NCBI GenBank assembly: GCA_951406725.2
Contig: OX597819.1
Coordinates: 4,960,001 to 5,024,000 of the forward strand
Reading direction: 5' to 3'
Source: Octopus vulgaris
Taxonomy: Eukaryota
Length of the DNA: 64,000 nt
This document shows, in pieces, positions 61,022 through 64,000 of the stretch (positions within the stretch are counted from its first letter, which is position 1; each line of letters opens with the position of its first letter). The notes beneath the pieces are model-generated. The model worked only from the letters and a program-made list of their open reading frames with translations. It was not told the origin of the DNA and did not search any database. The translations under genes were made by a program, and so were the position numbers.

Positions 61022-62727
61022 TATTTCATGAAATTTGCCATAAAGGCATTACAAAGATAGAAGCAAATGCGGGCTGGACAACAACACAAATGAAATGAAT
61101 GATGAGAAAAGCAAACGATGCTTGCTGATCGATGCTCCTTGAAAACACTGTTCTTTTTTTCTCTTTTTTAAAACACAAATGAGGTAATGAACCTCTTACA
61201 GTAGTCAAAAAATTCTAAAGCAATTGAGGCGCCAAGATCTCTCACTCCACCTCTTGCAGTAGCAAGTCGGGGACACAGAAAAGATAATTGGATTCCTCCT
61301 TAGAAAAGGCATGCATTATCTTATAAAAGTAACTCTCCTCCATGACCTCTGCAGCCACCTGTGGAGGCCAATGTGGGCAATCAATGCAGGTCGGGACTGC
61401 CTGTCCTCGACCTTCAAAACTTCTTACAAAGAAAGATCACAAATTCCTCATTATTTTCACTGGGAGGGGCCACAGTTTCCTCTGTCAGTGGCACAATTCC
61501 CACCAACGAGGTTTCGGGACATGCTGGCAGTGCACTGCAAGCTGCCAGCACTGTCCCATTCTGTTTTTTTGCCTTTGTTACGGGAGGGGTTGGTTCCTTC
61601 GCCTTAACTGGAGGAACATCGCTTTCTCCCGCAGCTTTAGGATCCTTTGGTGAGTAACCATTGCTGCTAACCTTTCTTCCCCTTTTTTCTGAGGGAGGTC
61701 TCTCCCTCCTCACCTACCTCTATCGCTCCTTCTGGAGGAGGAATGGAGGGGCTTTTCCACAACCAACTGCTCCAGGACTCTACTCTGGTTCTGGGGACAG
61801 TTCTTTTTGATGTGGCCTGGTTCCAGGCACAGGTGACACTTGATGGGGGGAGGGACGTCCCTCAAGAATCACCAGGTACCTGCACCTGGCCATTTTCAAA
61901 AAATCTCTGGAAAAACCAGATTCTTGGCTGATTGGGTCCACAGGGTCAAAACAGCTTTTCACCCAACCCAATCAGCTGCAGGCAAAATTTTCATATTGAG
62001 GAGCTTGGCTCTGCTGCCACCCAGACCCTGGCAGATAGTTTCCTCTGTCCACTCGGGTTCTATCCCGGGTGGCAACCTGCAAACCCAAGCTCTTGTTAAC
62101 TTCTTCCCATAATACGTGGGAAGAAACAAAATCTCTTTGCCCTCCAAGGGCTGGCTCACAAATTTGCAAGCCTCCTCAGGAGTGTCAAACAGCAACCACA
62201 CCGTTGACACCCACCCCCCACCGGAGATGAATTTAATAGTTGGCAAATATTCTGCCAACTCTTTCTCAATTTCACTCTTTTGAAAGAGGGCGATGATGTA
62301 GAGCAACTTGGAGTACGTTCACAGCACCACAATCCTCTCTTCAAAGTCTTTCATCCACTGTTTGAGTGGGACAATCTCCCACTCCAACACAGTGTTATTT
62401 ATCTTCTTTGCCATGTTTCTTTTTCGAAAAACATCCACAAAAGACAAAAGTTCAAAGTTAAAAAAAAAAAGAACACAATTATAGGAGGAGGGATACGCCC
62501 CCAAAACACACTTCTTACCACTAAGTGAGACTTTAAACACAACCACAGACATGCATGGAACTCAGTGGAGATTTCTTGTTAGACAAAAATAAATGCGAGC
62601 AACAAACTCCCACTGAATCCCCAAAAAACAAATGTCTTACCTGGTAGTTGTGCTTCAATAATTCATGATGTTGGTATACAAAGACGTGACTCCAGCAGTG
62701 AAGAAGAACATGTCCACACAGTAGTGA
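61022..62727 (-). mobile_element. ~1.7-kb ORF1-only non-LTR retroelement (L1/Tx1-like ORF1, decayed), copy 1
   Basis: ORF from ATG 62414 'MAKKIN...IEKELAEYLPTIKFIS...VWLLFDTPEEA..F', CCHC knuckle KCHLCLEPGHIKKNCP (~61794-61841), 'WPPQVAAEV'; 3' AATAAA; 16-bp direct repeats at both ends; no EN or RT. Confidence 0.8.
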
Positions 62728-62743
62728 GGGAAGTAAGCTTCTT

Positions 62744-64000
62744 TATTTCATTTAATTTGCCACAAGGGCAGCACACAGATAGAAGCTTGTGGGCTGGACA
62801 TGGACAAGATGAGATGAAATGAAACAAAATGATACGGATGAGAGGGATGTCGGCGCCCACCGACCGACAAACCCTCGAATACAAAGTTTCTGACAACAAT
62901 TCTCTTTGTCAGGTACCCCAAGCCAAGTGACTTGCCGCCTGCAGACAACTCTGCATCAACAAGTTGGGGCCCGCAAAGAGGAAAGCAAATTCTTCCTTGT
63001 CAAAGGTCGCTGTGACCTTTGACAAAATTCTTTCAGTTACTACCTCCGCAGCCACCTGCGGAGGCCATATCGGACTACTTGAGCAGACCGAGTACGCACG
63101 TTCTCGGTCACCCAAGCTGTCCAAAAATTTATTCACCGTCCCTCCCTCGTGGTAAAGGAGGACAAACACCTCCTCTTCACAGAAAGGGACCTCACACTGC
63201 TCCGTCAGTAGCACACTTCCCACTGACGGAGCCCTATCTGCAGGTGGCACACATCCCACCTGCGGCTCCATCGGTGGCCCAGGAACATCCGCCGACCATC
63301 CTCTGCTCCTCTTTTTCCTCTTTCTTTTTGAGGCTGTGGGAGCAGGAGGCTGCGTCGACTGACACAGTGGGTCGCTACCGTCCTCCGCCGCCTGAACATT
63401 CTTTGGTGAGCAACCATTGTTGCTCACCTTTCTTTTTCTTTTCTTGGAGGCAACTTACTCCACGACTTCAACCGTCTCCCCCTCCAATGAGGGGGCGACG
63501 GGCACCTTCTCTTTCTCATGCTCCAGGGCCACCTGGACAGTTCCTTTTGATATGGCCAGGCTCCAGGCACAGATGACACTTGGGGGGGGAGGGCGTCCCT
63601 TAAGTATAACTGGGTACCTGTACCCGGCCATTCTTAGGAAGTCTGGGAATGTCATATCTCCCACGGCCACCGGGGTCCATAGGGTCAAAGTTGCCTTTGA
63701 CCCCTCCCAGTTGACCGCTATCCCCCAGGCCTCGCCGGATGGTATCTTCGATCTATCCCACCTCTGTGTCCGGGGGCAGCCCTCACACCCAGACTCTTCT
63801 TATCTTCCTCCCACAATAGGTGGGGAGGAACAAAATTTCTTTCCCCTCAAAGGGCTCGCTGGCAAATCTGCCAGCTTCCTCGGGGGTACCAAACAGCAAC
63901 CAGACTGTTGCAAATTTGGTCCCCCGTGAAATAAATTTTATAGTTGGTAGGTAGTCTGCAAACTCTTTCTCTATCACACTCTTGTCGAAGAGGGCGATGG
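62744..64000 (-). mobile_element. Divergent second ORF1-only retroelement, head-to-tail with copy 1; runs off the window
   Basis: 'IEKEFADYLPTIKFIS...VWLLFGTPEEA..F', KCHLCLEPGHIKRNCP (~63534-63581), 'WPPQVAAEV'; 3' end TGGCAAATT..ATGAAATAAAG homologous to copy 1. Confidence 0.8.

Overview
AT-rich, repeat-dominated animal genomic DNA. The SINE families and microsatellite load suggest a cephalopod (Octopus); this is inferred from recalled repeat families, not from a search. Most ORFs in the supplied track are artefacts of (TA)n/(CA)n/(GA)n tracts and SINEs. The window holds many tRNA-derived SINEs (CORE-, Nin/Deu- and Meta-domain types), RTE and CR1 LINE fragments, two decayed mariners, a pogo remnant, hAT/piggyBac/Merlin-like MITEs, non-autonomous Helitrons and a decayed Gypsy element with one LTR. 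One probable host gene starts here: a CpG-rich promoter followed by a 16-nt first coding exon MVDRL, PLEKHF2/phafin-like. Three things stand out. (1) Two divergent ORF1-only (RRM-like + CCHC) retroelements are stacked head-to-tail at the same 16-bp site in a SINE's tRNA-like head, which points to site-specific targeting of a SINE. (2) A 277-bp tRNA-headed SINE with a 13-bp TSD carries a minimal hammerhead-ribozyme fold. (3) A Penelope-like insertion in (TA)n has ~725-bp inverted pseudo-LTRs, an uninterrupted GIY-YIG ORF and two hammerheads, one intact and one with a catalytic G-to-A change. Several further hammerhead motifs are scattered through the window.
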